NCBI GenBank assembly: GCA_050575255.1
Contig: JBNZDD010013678.1
Coordinates: 3,664,154 to 3,728,153 of the forward strand
Direction: 5' to 3'
Source of the DNA: Harriotta raleighana
Taxonomy: Eukaryota
Length of the DNA: 64,000 bases
Shown piece by piece: positions 62,591-64,000 of the stretch. Each line of letters starts with the position of its first letter. Within the stretch, counting starts at the first letter, position 1. The position numbers and the translations under genes were made by a program. The notes beneath the pieces are model-generated. The model saw only the letters and a list, made by a program, of their open reading frames with translations, did no database searches and was not told the DNA's origin.

Positions 62591-64000
62591 TAGAAAATGA
62601 ACTGAAATAATGTCAGCATTTTTTAAAAAATTGTTTAGAGAGCTGCAATGTTTATTTGAACGATTTTTATGCAAAATCTGTATCACATCCTTCACTCCAA
62701 TTATTCTGGACAATTATTCTGGACAAGATGGTTCAGAACAATTCTAGATAAAGGAGCAGTGCCTTACTGACCAGATTGGCCCAGGTTTGACTTTTTGTTC
62801 TGCACTAATAAATTTCAATGCGTACAAATGGAATTTTCAAAATGTTTTGTACAAAAGAAGTAAAGGAACACAGAAATTATACGTACCTTAGAAAAGCATG
62901 CACACATGTTCAATATTTCTCAGTGATGGCTATGAGGAAGCTTCACTCGTAGCTTAAATGATAGCTTAAATGAAAGAATTCTTGCAGTTCAGAGGTGGAC
63001 ACTCAGATTTGGGGATTTGAGCCATATTAATAATTATTTATCCAACACTGAGCAGTTTGTTGTCATCAAATAAGAATAACTATTGCTGACAGTGCTGAGA
63101 AATGTAGTTGATCAGCTGTCTCGTTCGGCTGAATCTGGTTTAATTATTTGGACAGTAGGCTGATGTTGCATAAACAAACGCAGAGAGGCAGCCAGAGATA
63201 TGTACTTTCCATGCTGGTTTTAAATGAAGCTAATGCAAGTGTATATTACTAACTTGATTACCTCAAATGTGTTTGCCTATTTGTTTAATAAGCAATGCTT
63301 TAGTTGATGACTTTTTAATATCCCATAAAATGTGGGAAATTATGAAGGAATATTTATGAGGATTTATTAACTGGAATAATTCATCCACCAGAATCTTAGG
63401 AAAACATCACAGATTGTTGGATAATGTCAAGATATCACAGCTGTTACTTGCTAAAATGCCGAATAAATGATTTGGTAAGAAACACAAATAATTCATGTGA
63501 AAACTTGCGAAGGAAGCACGGATGTATGCATCGAATGAGGAAGGCATAGAAGGCATAGGGATTCTAAATACTTATAGCAGAAATAAGTGAATCTTCACGA
63601 AGGATTAGTTGCACTGGCAGTGGACAGATTCGTTATCCAGACACACCACAGATGACACAATTAAAATTCTAAAATTAGTATTCTGACTCAATGTACCAAG
63701 GGTTTAGACTGATGTGAGAGTGATTCCACAGTGATCTAATTATCTTTAGGCCACATCTACTTTATCACAGGAGGTAGCTTATCTTGTACTTTAGCATTCT
63801 AATAAACAAGACAATGCTTTTGAGATGTGGGATCTTCAGTGACACAGTTTTAAGTGCCAATAGGACAATGTGAAAAGAGTTTATGTGGCATTAGTTACAG
63901 GCACAAATCTTCTGGAATACTGCAATATACTAGATTGTTTGGGGTATCTGGAGATGGAAAGCAAATAAACAAACAAATTAATTGTGGCCCATCAATATTC

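Noticed and set aside
62697-62975. Short tandem duplications (caattattctgga x2, tagcttaaatga x2); similar ones near 4950, 9993 and 37902
   Set aside because: Ordinary slippage-type micro-duplications with no spacer structure
1-64000. CRISPR array, operon, endogenous virus or miRNA cluster
   Set aside because: No regularly spaced repeats, no long ORFs, and no full match to mature miRNAs I recall (only partial seeds, e.g. near 32602); an Rfam/Infernal scan would be the decisive test

Overview
AT-rich, non-coding vertebrate DNA, most likely a cartilaginous fish (chimaera/elephant shark-like; inferred from recalled repeat families, not a database search). I recognise no protein-coding gene, RNA gene or prokaryotic system. 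Most ORFs in the track are shadows of repeats or chance frames. The window holds about 30 copies or fragments of a tRNA-derived SINE ending in (TTA)n, about 14 5'-truncated L2-type LINE ends with (GTT)n tails, an older full DeuSINE, CR1 remnants and a hAT-Charlie MITE with its TSD. It also has a ~137-bp palindromic element and several repeat-free, homeodomain-motif-rich blocks that look like conserved non-coding elements of a gene desert or very large intron. The most interesting signals concern transposon biology: L2 tails repeatedly inserted into antisense SINEs at TTG/CAA, a 63-bp duplication around a SINE plus 144 bp of extra DNA, a chimeric SINE lineage visible in three stages, and a Crypton/Eulor-like hairpin. 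The duplication near 56 kb is probably an assembly artefact. I found no convincing previously undescribed biological system. Repeat boundaries were read by eye and are approximate unless a junction is quoted.
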